Shown: positions 19,086-28,535 of the stretch, piece after piece
Numbering within the stretch: position 1 is the first letter of the stretch
Layout of the letters: every line of letters starts with the position of its first letter
Virus record (IMG/VR): IMGVR_UViG_3300023174_000071
Span: 64,326-128,325 of that record
Direction: 5' to 3' (one strand)
Length of the DNA: 64,000 nt
From: a virus
The notes under the pieces: generated by a model
What the model was told of the DNA's origin: nothing
Seen by the model: only the letters and a program-made list of their open reading frames with translations
The model's database searches: none
Made by a program: the position numbers and the translations under genes

Positions 19086-22000
19086 ATGTTACAATCTTTA
19101 TGGCCTCAAATTTTAAATAAATTGCGCTCTCCGCCTTCTGGTGTTCAGTTGGGCTCTTTGCCCTCGATCCTTAATGGCTTTGATAAAATTATTTTTGAAA
19201 ACACGACCCCTTCCGGTAATCCGAATGCTCTCGGTTTTGTTTCAAATGAGGATGCAAACCAGAATGGTAAAATTGACTCCATTCACTTTGTTGTTCCAAA
19301 TATTGAAAAAGCCTTAAGAGAGCAGGGCGTTAAGCTTTCAAGTTCTTCGGATCTGGAAGGGGAAAATTTAGTTAAATTGTTTTATTTTTTTGGGCAGCTT
19401 TTAGCTCACGAACTCGCTCATATTCGAGATTACCAACATAACTCGAAATCTCCTTTTCCGGGAGGAGAAAGTCCGGCGGAGCAAGAAGCTCAAAAATTTG
19501 AATCACAATTTTCGGTTACTGCTAATATACGAAAATCCAATGATACTGTTTATAGGGGATCTAATATGAACTCAAAATTTTCTGGAAAATCAATTGCTAA
19601 TAGCTCCAAGTTGGCTGCGTCAAATAAAAAATTTATCAGCAAGACAGCGAAACTTCTAAAGAACGCCGAAGCTGACTTTGGACAAAGTTTCCCTGATGAA
19701 CTTCCACCTTTCAACGAAACAGATCCTGCTTCACTTCCAGATGATGTTAGCCCAACTCTTCCAGAAGAAAAGTCTGCACCTTATCATATTCCCGCGAAGC
19801 CATCTCATCGACCGGCGGCAAAATCTCACACCCCAAAGCCAAATGAATTTATACGAGAAATTCAAAAAAGATTAGATATGCCAAAGCAAACTGGCATTTG
19901 GGAAGATGCAGATAACGCTTATTGGCGTCATTTTATTGAAGAAAACTATAAGGGCAAACTTGATATGGTCATTAAGGCGAACTGGGCTGCTGGCGCCCGT
20001 GGTCTTGGTTATTCACCAGATCCGGAAGGGATGCTTAATTTTATCAAGAATATTGAATTGAAGCAGATCGCTCAACCCGGACCTGTTACCGTTGCTGGGC
20101 TCAATAAAAAGTTTATTAGCAAGAAAGCGCAGATTGCTACCGAAAATCTTCGCATGATGGAAGATAAGAGGATGAAAGAAAATTCTCTCCCCTCCGCTCC
20201 ACCATCTGTTTCTGAACGCTTATATTCTCAAATTGATTCTGCTGTTAAAAATAAAAAACCATCTACAAATATGCCGTCTGATGATTCCTCCGAAGAAATC
20301 TTTAAAACATATAATGAGTTTGAGGGAGTACCTCAATATGATATGTCCAAAGATTTAGACGTACCAAGTCAGTCAAATTTCGTAGAGAAAGATTCGGTAG
20401 TTCGTATTTCTCCAAATTTACCTCAACAGCTTATCCCCCTTTCTCTTCGTGATGGTGTTTTAAATCAAAAAGGTGAATTGGCGAGATGTTTAAAAGAAAA
20501 AAACAACTATAAGACATTCAAAGAATTATCACATCTTTTAGACGCCGGTTTTATTGAGCTTAGCGAAAGACTTAAGGTTAATGGAACTCTTTCTCCAAGA
20601 GTACCTTCTATGTTGAAAGGTTTTATGGTTAACGGTGAGATTACAAAAATCTTAGAATTTATAAATGCAAATAATTCATTAACTGCAAAATATCTTCCAA
20701 AAGCTAATGTTAATGACTTTACTCTTGATGCGAAACTTCTTTCTATACTAAAAGAAATGAGATCAAATGCTATTCGCTTAGGTCAAATGCTTTCTGAATG
20801 TTCGGAAAGTTTAGCAAAGCGGACATTTGATGATTCCTCTGTTCCGCAAGTAAAACCATCACAAGTTAATCCGAAGCCAAAAGCATCTTCTTCAAACTCT
20901 CTTTTGGTTCAATTTCAAGAGTTAATTGGCGCTCCAAAGCCACTTGAATCAAGTTGGGGTTCTATGACGGATAGAGCGTGGAAGAACTTTATTAATGTAA
21001 ATGTTCATGACGAGGTTGCGAAAGGCAAATTAAAACAACCTTGGAGTGAAGCCTCTAAATATGCATCCGGTGTTGCCGGAAAGCAATATGCGCCAACTCT
21101 CACTGGTGTTTTTGAATTCGCAAAGGATCTTAAGAGCAACAGCAATATCCGTAATCTTTTTGATAAATCAGATGAGCTTATCGATACCGCTGATTCAAAT
21201 CAGTCAAAACAATCTATCGCATCTTCAAAGAAAATGATTAGCAAAAGGGCTATAACGAGGGATGTCGAGGGTGGCGCTTACATGTCTCCAGTTGAAAAAG
21301 CCAATTTAGATAAGTTAAAACTAGAAGAACAGCAGCAGAAAGAAAAAGCGCAACTTGAAGAAAGAAATAAAGCGCTTTTAACTGATCCCAATTACAGAGC
21401 TCAAGTTTTAATTCCAAAATTAAAGCTATACTCTTTGCAGCCCATAAAAACATATAAAACTAATGATGGAAAGGTTTATTATTATGTAACTGATGGTAAA
21501 CTTCTTCATTTTTACCAACAGGTCGGTAACGCTTCAAAAGAAATAGAACAAATTTTAGATATTCAAAAGATTGTAGACCAGATTCACCTAGAATCTTCTA
21601 AAAAACCATCTATAGCCAAAAAACCATCTCATGAAACACTTGATAAAATCCAAAAAGAACTTGGTGTCCAAACTTCTGGAAAGTGGGACGCTCAAACTCA
21701 AGCGGCTTGGGTTAAATTGGTTGCTGAAAAATATTCAGGATCAGAAGATATAAAGAAATCATTATCAGAAAGCTGGGTAAAGGCTGCTCCGGGGTTAAAG
21801 CTTGAGCCGACCGCTGCTGGTGCGTTAAAGTTCATTCAAGATTTAAAGGCTGATAAATATTCTGCTAAAACTTCTGAATCTAAACCAGCTGAAGCTGCTT
21901 CAACTGAAACTGCTCCAGCGACTCAACCAGCCGCACCTGAGGCTCAGAAAGAACAACAGTTTACACAAGAAAATTTGGTAGGTATTCTTCAGGATTTAGC

Positions 22001-22310
22001 CTCTGGAAGCTTGCCATTTCAAACTGCAGGCGGAACAAATATTCTTTCTGCGGAAAGAGTCGGAGCGCAAGCCAGTAGATTCATTAAAAGATTAGGTGGT
22101 CTTGAGGCTGCTGCAAAAGCGATTATGCCAAATATAAATGCAAATACATTTAAGACAATGAATAAAGATAATCAACGATATAGCGTATTCGTTCAGCTTG
22201 AAAAGCTTGGAGAGTCTGGTTTTGGTCGATTCTTCACAAGAGAAGCTCCGGGTAGATTAGAAAGAGCACTAAAGAGAGAAGAACGAAGAGCAAAGCGACG
22301 ACAAGGCTAA
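19086..22310 (+). CDS. Modular 1074-aa protein: zincin-like N-domain plus three modules with peptidoglycan-binding-like repeats
   Basis: AHELAH motif; three IQ..LG...G.W...T..AW-type repeats; three KK[FM]ISKxA linkers. Confidence 0.72.
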   Translation: MLQSLWPQILNKLRSPPSGVQLGSLPSILNGFDKIIFENTTPSGNPNALGFVSNEDANQNGKIDSIHFVVPNIEKALREQGVKLSSSSDLEGENLVKLFYFFGQLLAHELAHIRDYQHNSKSPFPGGESPAEQEAQKFESQFSVTANIRKSNDTVYRGSNMNSKFSGKSIANSSKLAASNKKFISKTAKLLKNAEADFGQSFPDELPPFNETDPASLPDDVSPTLPEEKSAPYHIPAKPSHRPAAKSHTPKPNEFIREIQKRLDMPKQTGIWEDADNAYWRHFIEENYKGKLDMVIKANWAAGARGLGYSPDPEGMLNFIKNIELKQIAQPGPVTVAGLNKKFISKKAQIATENLRMMEDKRMKENSLPSAPPSVSERLYSQIDSAVKNKKPSTNMPSDDSSEEIFKTYNEFEGVPQYDMSKDLDVPSQSNFVEKDSVVRISPNLPQQLIPLSLRDGVLNQKGELARCLKEKNNYKTFKELSHLLDAGFIELSERLKVNGTLSPRVPSMLKGFMVNGEITKILEFINANNSLTAKYLPKANVNDFTLDAKLLSILKEMRSNAIRLGQMLSECSESLAKRTFDDSSVPQVKPSQVNPKPKASSSNSLLVQFQELIGAPKPLESSWGSMTDRAWKNFINVNVHDEVAKGKLKQPWSEASKYASGVAGKQYAPTLTGVFEFAKDLKSNSNIRNLFDKSDELIDTADSNQSKQSIASSKKMISKRAITRDVEGGAYMSPVEKANLDKLKLEEQQQKEKAQLEERNKALLTDPNYRAQVLIPKLKLYSLQPIKTYKTNDGKVYYYVTDGKLLHFYQQVGNASKEIEQILDIQKIVDQIHLESSKKPSIAKKPSHETLDKIQKELGVQTSGKWDAQTQAAWVKLVAEKYSGSEDIKKSLSESWVKAAPGLKLEPTAAGALKFIQDLKADKYSAKTSESKPAEAASTETAPATQPAAPEAQKEQQFTQENLVGILQDLASGSLPFQTAGGTNILSAERVGAQASRFIKRLGGLEAAAKAIMPNINANTFKTMNKDNQRYSVFVQLEKLGESGFGRFFTREAPGRLERALKREERRAKRRQG

Positions 22311-22328
22311 AAACTTAGCGTCCAATCG

Positions 22329-22360
22329 AAACCCCCGATAACCTCGGGGGTTTTTCTTTT
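22329..22360 (+). terminator. Intrinsic terminator
   Basis: AAACCCCCGA-loop-TCGGGGGTTT-TTCTTTT. Confidence 0.8.
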
Positions 22361-22432
22361 TATCAAATCAAACCTTGAACTATAATCAAAATCTGCTTAG
22401 AGTTATCATGAGTTAAACTCTGAGGAGCAATT

Positions 22433-23449
22433 ATGATTAATTACGCAGATGTTGTTGTCGATCTTGCATTTGGAGATTCTGGAAAAGGTAAGGTATCTTC
22501 ACATTTAGCAAAAAATGGTGAATATACCCATGTGGTTCGCTTCTCGGGCTCTAATAACGCAGGCCACACCATCTATGTTGATGGCAAAAAACTTGTAACT
22601 CACGCTATCCCGGTAGGCGTTCTTCATGGAGTTAAGAGCGTTATCGGCCCAGGTTGCGTTTTAAATCCTGAACATTTTTTCAACGAACTTAAAGAAATTC
22701 AAGATGCAGGCGTTAACACTGAAGGCTTAATTTGGATTTCAAAAAATGTTCACCTTATCACTCCAAGCCATCTAGAAGAAGATGGTAAGGATACGGCTAT
22801 TGGAACCACTCGTAGGGGTAATGGTCCAGCATATCGAGATAAATATGGTCGAAAAGGTGTTCGTGCAGAAGCTCATGAGAGTCTAACTCCTTATCTGACC
22901 GATATTTACGACGAATTCTTCAAACCAAATGAGGCTGCAAATATCTTGTTTGAAGGCGCTCAAGGCTTTTACTTGGACGTTGATTGGGGTGATTATCCAT
23001 ATGTAACCAGTGGTCATTGCACGGTAGGCTCAGCGGTTATGAATGGTGTTCCACCTCAGAATATCCGAAAAGTCTTTGGTGTAGTTAAAGCTTATGAAAC
23101 ATATGTTGGCGCCAAAAAGTTTGAACCCCAAGATCCTATTTTCTCAAAAATCAGAGAACTTGGAGCGGAATACGGAGCGACAACCGGACGACCAAGGCAA
23201 TGTAATTGGCTAAATCTTGATAATCTAATCCGTGCTGCAAATGTAAATGGAGTTACAGAACTCTGCGTAAACAAGACGGATATTCTCCGAAGTCTTGAAG
23301 CTTGGAATCTGTATAGTCAAAACGAACTTGTAAGTTTTTCTTCCGAAGATAGTTTCCAAGATTATATTGTTTCAAAATTGCCAAAGACAATTACAACGTT
23401 ATATTGGTCAGATAATCCTAATGACATGGGAGAGGCTAAAGCCCTATGA
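22433..23449 (+). CDS. purA: Adenylosuccinate synthetase (short form)
   Basis: GDSGKGK, NAGHT, IGTT..G.GPAY, FEGAQG, YPYVTS, GATTGRPR and NKTD motifs. Confidence 0.92.
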   Translation: MINYADVVVDLAFGDSGKGKVSSHLAKNGEYTHVVRFSGSNNAGHTIYVDGKKLVTHAIPVGVLHGVKSVIGPGCVLNPEHFFNELKEIQDAGVNTEGLIWISKNVHLITPSHLEEDGKDTAIGTTRRGNGPAYRDKYGRKGVRAEAHESLTPYLTDIYDEFFKPNEAANILFEGAQGFYLDVDWGDYPYVTSGHCTVGSAVMNGVPPQNIRKVFGVVKAYETYVGAKKFEPQDPIFSKIRELGAEYGATTGRPRQCNWLNLDNLIRAANVNGVTELCVNKTDILRSLEAWNLYSQNELVSFSSEDSFQDYIVSKLPKTITTLYWSDNPNDMGEAKAL

Positions 23450-24276
23450 GTAAATTTATGAAGCCAATGTATGATTTTATTATCTACCATGATAATTGTT
23501 TCGATGGTTTTGGAGCAAGGTTTGCGGCAGAACTTGCTTACGGAAAATCCGCAGAATATTATCCGGCGCAACATGACCGAGAACCACCCAATGTAACGGG
23601 CAAAAATGTTTTAATTGCAGACTTTTCTTACCCAAGAGATACTTTGCTTAAAATGAAAGAGCAGGCAAATACTCTACAGGTGGTCGATCATCATGTTTCC
23701 GCCCAAGATTCTCTAAAAGGTTTAGACTTTTGCCATTTTGATATGGAAAAAAGCGGAGCAGTTTTGGCTTGGGAACATATTCATGGAGATGATCCCGTTC
23801 CCCAACTTCTTCTCTATATTCAAGATCGGGATCTCTGGAAGTTCAATCTAAAAGGGTCAAAGGAAGTTCTCACCGCAATTGCTTCTTATGAAAAAGATTT
23901 CAAGACTTGGTGCGAATTTGCCGAACAGCTAGAAACTTACGACGGATTTGGCCGACTCTTTACTGAGGGAAGTTCGATTCTTAAGTATAAAGATTCCACA
24001 ATTTCATCAATTTTAAAGAAGAAGTTTAATATTAACATCGCAGGGTTTGAAGTTCCATGCGTTAACTCTTCAGTTTTTCAATCTGAAATTGGAAATATTC
24101 TTTCATATGGCTCCCCATTTGCAGCGATTTATTATTACGATGGAGCACAGTTCATCTTTTCTCTTCGAAGCAGCGATCAAGGCGTTGATGTTTCGAAAAT
24201 CGCAAAAAGATTCGGAGGCGGAGGTCATCGTAACGCATCTGGATTTTCTATTAAAAGTTTAAATCAACTTTCCTAA
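23446..24276 (+). CDS. DHH/DHHA1 phosphoesterase
   Basis: YH.NCFDG, DFS, DHH, QDRDLW, FSLRS and GGGGH..ASG motifs. Confidence 0.9.
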   Translation: MSKFMKPMYDFIIYHDNCFDGFGARFAAELAYGKSAEYYPAQHDREPPNVTGKNVLIADFSYPRDTLLKMKEQANTLQVVDHHVSAQDSLKGLDFCHFDMEKSGAVLAWEHIHGDDPVPQLLLYIQDRDLWKFNLKGSKEVLTAIASYEKDFKTWCEFAEQLETYDGFGRLFTEGSSILKYKDSTISSILKKKFNINIAGFEVPCVNSSVFQSEIGNILSYGSPFAAIYYYDGAQFIFSLRSSDQGVDVSKIAKRFGGGGHRNASGFSIKSLNQLS

Positions 24277-24284
24277 GGAGGATT

Positions 24285-25028
24285 ATGTCATTCGATTCAG
24301 TGGCTTTAAAAGTCAAAAAATACATTTCAAATAAGAATAACGCACCTTCTTGGTCCAGAAATAGAAATATAATTTTTCCAAAAATTGTAGAGGAAATGGG
24401 GCTTAACGAAAAAGATTTCGAAATAATTTATAATGAGCACAACGCTCTTGATAAGTTGACGCAAATAATTGTGGGATCTTTTTTTCCAATTTGGGGCGTT
24501 AGGGATATTTATTTTGTATTGCTTGAAAGATTTCCGCATCACGGAGAGCGGATTTTAACATCAAATAATAGTCCTTTCTTTTTGAAATCGTGGGTTGTAA
24601 GCAAAGGGTATTACGAAAATATCTCCTCTATCGATTTTCTTATTTTAGAAAAAGAAAAAAATATCAGGGCCTTAGGCGCAAAGATATGTGATATTGAAAA
24701 ATGTAAGAATCTTATTTTTGATAAAGAAGCAGCAGTTCGAAAGATTGCCTACATCAGATTAGGTCCGGTAAATTATTTAGATTTTATGTTAAAAGATAAG
24801 CATGCAGTAATCCGCTCTATGGGTGTAGGTTTTGCGCCAATGCATTATGCAAAATTAAACGACTTACTTGACGACTCATCTCAAATGGTGTTAAATTTAC
24901 TTATTGACAAAGTTCAATATGAAAAAGTTCCATTTTTGCTAGGTAGTAGGTCGCTCTTGAAACAAAGCGACAGAACCCAGCTTTATCTTAAGAGCAAAAT
25001 TGAAAAGAGACTTGAACGAGGAGTGTAG
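24285..25028 (+). CDS. HEAT-like repeat protein (C-terminal family member)
   Basis: L..DK.A.VR repeats; ends VPFLLG...IEKRLERGV. Confidence 0.65.
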   Translation: MSFDSVALKVKKYISNKNNAPSWSRNRNIIFPKIVEEMGLNEKDFEIIYNEHNALDKLTQIIVGSFFPIWGVRDIYFVLLERFPHHGERILTSNNSPFFLKSWVVSKGYYENISSIDFLILEKEKNIRALGAKICDIEKCKNLIFDKEAAVRKIAYIRLGPVNYLDFMLKDKHAVIRSMGVGFAPMHYAKLNDLLDDSSQMVLNLLIDKVQYEKVPFLLGSRSLLKQSDRTQLYLKSKIEKRLERGV

Positions 25029-25031
25029 TTA

Positions 25032-26129
25032 ATGCATAGTAAAAACAAAATTATTTCTGAATCATTATCGTTTGATGATGTTTTAATCGTTCCTCAACTA
25101 TCTAATGTTCGCTCTCGTAACTCTGTGGATACTTCCACAGTAGTTGGCGGATATAAATTGCAGGTTCCGATTATATCTTCGCCAATGGATACGGTAACAG
25201 AATCAGAAATGGCTATCGCTATGGGTAAAGCTGGTGGGATGGGAATCGTTCATCGCTTTATGTCAATCGAACAACAGGCGGAGCAAATTTCCAAAGTTAT
25301 TTCCGCTCGTTCTTTATCTGGACAAACTTTCCCTGTAGCTTATGCTATCGGAGTTGGTGAGGCGGAATTTGAACGCTTTCTTTTTATGAAAGATAAATTT
25401 GGAAAAGAAATCGATTTTGTGGCTATTGATATTGCAAATGGTCATTCATCTTTGATGAAAGAAATGATTTCCGCAGTGAAGGAATCTCTATCAGCAAGCG
25501 ACCTTAGCAATACTAAAATTATTGCCGGGAACGTCGCAACCGGTGAGGGTTGGCTTTATTTGGCAAAAGCTGGTGCTGACTGCGTGAGAATCGGCATTGG
25601 AGGCGGATTTATCTGTAAAACTCGAATTATGACCGGAATGGGCGTGCCAACTTTTGCTTCCGTTTTGGATGCGGCATCCTCTCGTGAAATTAATTCTGAA
25701 TTTTCTCATGTATCCATTCTTGCGGATGGCGGGATTCGTTATCCAGCAGACTTGGCGAAAAGCTTGGCAGCGGGAGCGGACGCTATTATTTGCGGAAAAA
25801 TTCTAGCAGGCTCAGATGAAGCACCGACTTTGCAAATTATCCAGCAAAACGGAGTAAATCACAAAGTTTATCGAGGGATGGCGAGCGAAGAAATCCAAAA
25901 AGAAAAGCGTGGAGGTCTTAAGAAGGGAACTTGCGCAGAGGGTGTTTCAACCTTTATTAAATGCACAGGTTCACTTGAAAATACACTCAATGACTTTGTC
26001 GGAGGTCTAAAATCATCATTCACTTATGTTGACGCCACAAACCTAACCGAATATAGAGAGAACACCTTCTTCACCAAAATCACCGAAGCGGGTCTTTCAG
26101 AATCCCATGCGTTTGGCACTAGACAATAA
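25032..26129 (+). CDS. guaB: IMP dehydrogenase/GMP reductase family, CBS-less
   Basis: SFDDVL, SSPMDTV, GIVHRF, DIANGH, AGNVAT, GIGGG.IC.TR, ADGGI, YRGMAS and AEG motifs. Confidence 0.85.
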   Translation: MHSKNKIISESLSFDDVLIVPQLSNVRSRNSVDTSTVVGGYKLQVPIISSPMDTVTESEMAIAMGKAGGMGIVHRFMSIEQQAEQISKVISARSLSGQTFPVAYAIGVGEAEFERFLFMKDKFGKEIDFVAIDIANGHSSLMKEMISAVKESLSASDLSNTKIIAGNVATGEGWLYLAKAGADCVRIGIGGGFICKTRIMTGMGVPTFASVLDAASSREINSEFSHVSILADGGIRYPADLAKSLAAGADAIICGKILAGSDEAPTLQIIQQNGVNHKVYRGMASEEIQKEKRGGLKKGTCAEGVSTFIKCTGSLENTLNDFVGGLKSSFTYVDATNLTEYRENTFFTKITEAGLSESHAFGTRQ

Positions 26130-26157
26130 ATAAACCTAATTATAGGAGCAAGCTGAT

Positions 26158-27240
26158 ATGAACGTCGTACAAACAAAGCAAGTCCTTAAGAATATGCCGG
26201 TAGACAAATCTGTTCTTCTCCGTGCAAAGCATGGTGTTGGAAAGTCCTCTGTCATCCGTCAAGCTTGCGAAGAAATGGGAATTCAATATTTCGATGTTCG
26301 CCTTTCTCAATGCGAAGTTGGCGATATTAAGGGGCTTCCATTTAAGAATGAAGAAAAGAAGATTACCGAGTTCTTGAAGTGCTATTGGTGGCCTCGTGAT
26401 ATGAATAGTCAGGGAGTTCTTTTCTTTGACGAACTAAACCGTGCATCCAAGGATACGCTCCAAGCAGTTTTTGAAATCTGTCTTGATCGTCGTCTTGATG
26501 GTGAACCGCTACCTAAGGGTTGGCGTGTTGTTGCAGCAATTAATGCTGATGATGATTATGATGTTGTTGAACTCGATCCGGCGCTTCTTGATCGTTGGTT
26601 TATTATTGATTTTGATCCTTCCGTTCAAGAATGGGTTAATTGGGCTCGTTCGGCTAAGCTTCATCCTGCAGTTGTTGACTTCGTTGCTCGTAATCCAAAT
26701 CTTCTTGACCCTCCGGTTGGAAGCTTGGAGGCCGGTCGAGTTTACCCCTCCCGTCGTTCTTGGGCGGCTCTTAGTGACTGCCTAAATTCTATGAATATTA
26801 TTGAGCAAAATGATGTAAGCATGCTTACCATGATCGCTAAGGGTTGGGTTGGTCGTGAAACCGCTCTTCCATTTGAAAAGTTCGTAACTAGCGAGTTCTC
26901 TTATCTTCGAGCAGAAGATGTTCTAAATGACTTTGATAAGTATCGCGAAAAGATTGTCTCTGCTTGTGCTGATATCGAAGTTATTGCTGCTCTTGCGAAT
27001 TCAGTTGTATCAACGTACAATGACCGCTCTCGTGTCGATGAAAAGCACAAGAAAGCTCTTTATAATTTCTTCCTCCTTCTCCCGAAGGATGTAGCATCAA
27101 ATACTTGGACTCAAATTCTAAGCGGCAAGAAGAGTCGTGAGGTTTCCAAGACTTGGCAGCAGGAGCCTGAATTTACAGAATTCCTAATGTCGATTTACAC
27201 TCAGCGTCCGAAGCCAAAGGCAGAAGCGCTTACTGCGTAA
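26158..27240 (+). CDS. MoxR-like AAA+ ATPase
   Basis: HGVGKS Walker A, LFFDELNRA Walker B, LDPALLDR and PSRRSW. Confidence 0.88.
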   Translation: MNVVQTKQVLKNMPVDKSVLLRAKHGVGKSSVIRQACEEMGIQYFDVRLSQCEVGDIKGLPFKNEEKKITEFLKCYWWPRDMNSQGVLFFDELNRASKDTLQAVFEICLDRRLDGEPLPKGWRVVAAINADDDYDVVELDPALLDRWFIIDFDPSVQEWVNWARSAKLHPAVVDFVARNPNLLDPPVGSLEAGRVYPSRRSWAALSDCLNSMNIIEQNDVSMLTMIAKGWVGRETALPFEKFVTSEFSYLRAEDVLNDFDKYREKIVSACADIEVIAALANSVVSTYNDRSRVDEKHKKALYNFFLLLPKDVASNTWTQILSGKKSREVSKTWQQEPEFTEFLMSIYTQRPKPKAEALTA

Positions 27241-27247
27241 AGATAAC

Positions 27248-27299
27248 TTGACAGATTGAATCCAACGGGCTAGAATTCAAACACTAGCCCGTTTCTTTT
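27248..27299 (+). promoter_or_regulatory. Sigma70 promoter overlapping a terminator-like hairpin
   Basis: TTGACA (27248)-17 nt-TAGAAT (27271); ACGGGCTAG/CTAGCCCGT stem plus T-tract. Confidence 0.65.
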
Positions 27300-27308
27300 G
27301 GAGAATAT

Positions 27309-28526
27309 ATGAATCCCGAACCAAGTAATGAATCGAAAATTGAGCAAAATTCGATTCTTTCAAATACTCAAATTTTAAGCGCAAAAGAAAAGCTTGATGT
27401 TGCAATTTCACGTCTAATTACATTTCAGCCGCTATATGGCGTTGTCTTTATGCATCTAAATAAGATGGAAAGCAAAACAATTCCAACGATGGCTGTAGGC
27501 GTTACTCGTCGTGTTGATCTGGTGTTTTATTATAATCTAGAGTTTGTTAGCAAGCTTGATATTCAGCAAATTACAGCCGTTCTGAAGCATGAAGCTTTGC
27601 ATATTTTGCTTCATCATATTTCTCGAGCCCGACACTTTGCTTATAATCCTCGTGGATATAATATTGCAGCAGATTGCGCTATCAACTGTCATATTAAGAA
27701 TCTGCCCGGAAACTGTATGCTGCCAAGCCTATTCGGTCTAAAAGATCATGAATCGGCTGAATGGTATTATGAAAACATTAAGAATCAAGCAGAGAATGCG
27801 CAAAAAGGTCTTGAAGAATTTCTAAATTCAAAAGGTATTGATGTTGATGATATCGATGATCACTCCATGTGGGGCGATTTCGATGATGAAGTTATCCGAG
27901 AAAAAGTTCGAGGAATTGCTGATAAGGCCATTAAGGCTCAAGAGAAGCGTGGATGGGGCGATGTTGCCGGAAATCTTGCCGCTCAAATTATTGCGGCAAA
28001 TAAACCGGTTATTATTTGGCAGCGTGAAGTTCGTTACTTTATTAATAAGCTGGTTTTGATGGATCGCAAGTCAACTCGTATGCGGCCAAACCGTCGATAT
28101 GGTTATAATAATCCGGGTACAAAGCGAGATTGCCGTTCAAGGATTCTTGTTGCTCTAGATACTTCCGGTTCGGTCTCCGATGATGAATTGGAATCCTTTG
28201 TAACAGAAATCAACGGCATGATTAATCATGTTTCGGTTGATGTTGTGCAATTTGATTGTGGCCCAAAGAACAAGCCGGAACCTTTCACAAAGAAGATAAA
28301 GAAAATGGATATTATCGGTCGAGGAGGAACAGATCCAAATCCGGTCTTGCTTCTTGCCGACGAAGAGGGCTATGATGGGTTAGTCGTTCTTACTGATGGG
28401 GGATTCTCCATCACTGTAGATAAACCAAAATGCCGAGTGCTCTGGTGTGGCATGGAACGACATGAGAATTATTTCACGCACATTAAGTTTGGAAAGAAAG
28501 TTTTCATTTCAGAAAAGAAGAAATAA
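27309..28526 (+). CDS. HExxH metallopeptidase-like plus VWA domain protein (DUF2201-like)
   Basis: HEALH, NIAADCAIN, DTSGS MIDAS, GRGGTD and LTDG motifs; partner of the upstream AAA+. Confidence 0.88.
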   Translation: MNPEPSNESKIEQNSILSNTQILSAKEKLDVAISRLITFQPLYGVVFMHLNKMESKTIPTMAVGVTRRVDLVFYYNLEFVSKLDIQQITAVLKHEALHILLHHISRARHFAYNPRGYNIAADCAINCHIKNLPGNCMLPSLFGLKDHESAEWYYENIKNQAENAQKGLEEFLNSKGIDVDDIDDHSMWGDFDDEVIREKVRGIADKAIKAQEKRGWGDVAGNLAAQIIAANKPVIIWQREVRYFINKLVLMDRKSTRMRPNRRYGYNNPGTKRDCRSRILVALDTSGSVSDDELESFVTEINGMINHVSVDVVQFDCGPKNKPEPFTKKIKKMDIIGRGGTDPNPVLLLADEEGYDGLVVLTDGGFSITVDKPKCRVLWCGMERHENYFTHIKFGKKVFISEKKK

Positions 28527-28535
28527 GGAGAATTA

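Noticed and set aside
22433-23449. PurZ (2-aminoadenine Z-genome pathway)
   Set aside because: Retains the PurA catalytic Asp (GDSGKG rather than GSxGKG), TTGRPR and a GTP-type NKTD motif; no dATPase or MazZ neighbour seen
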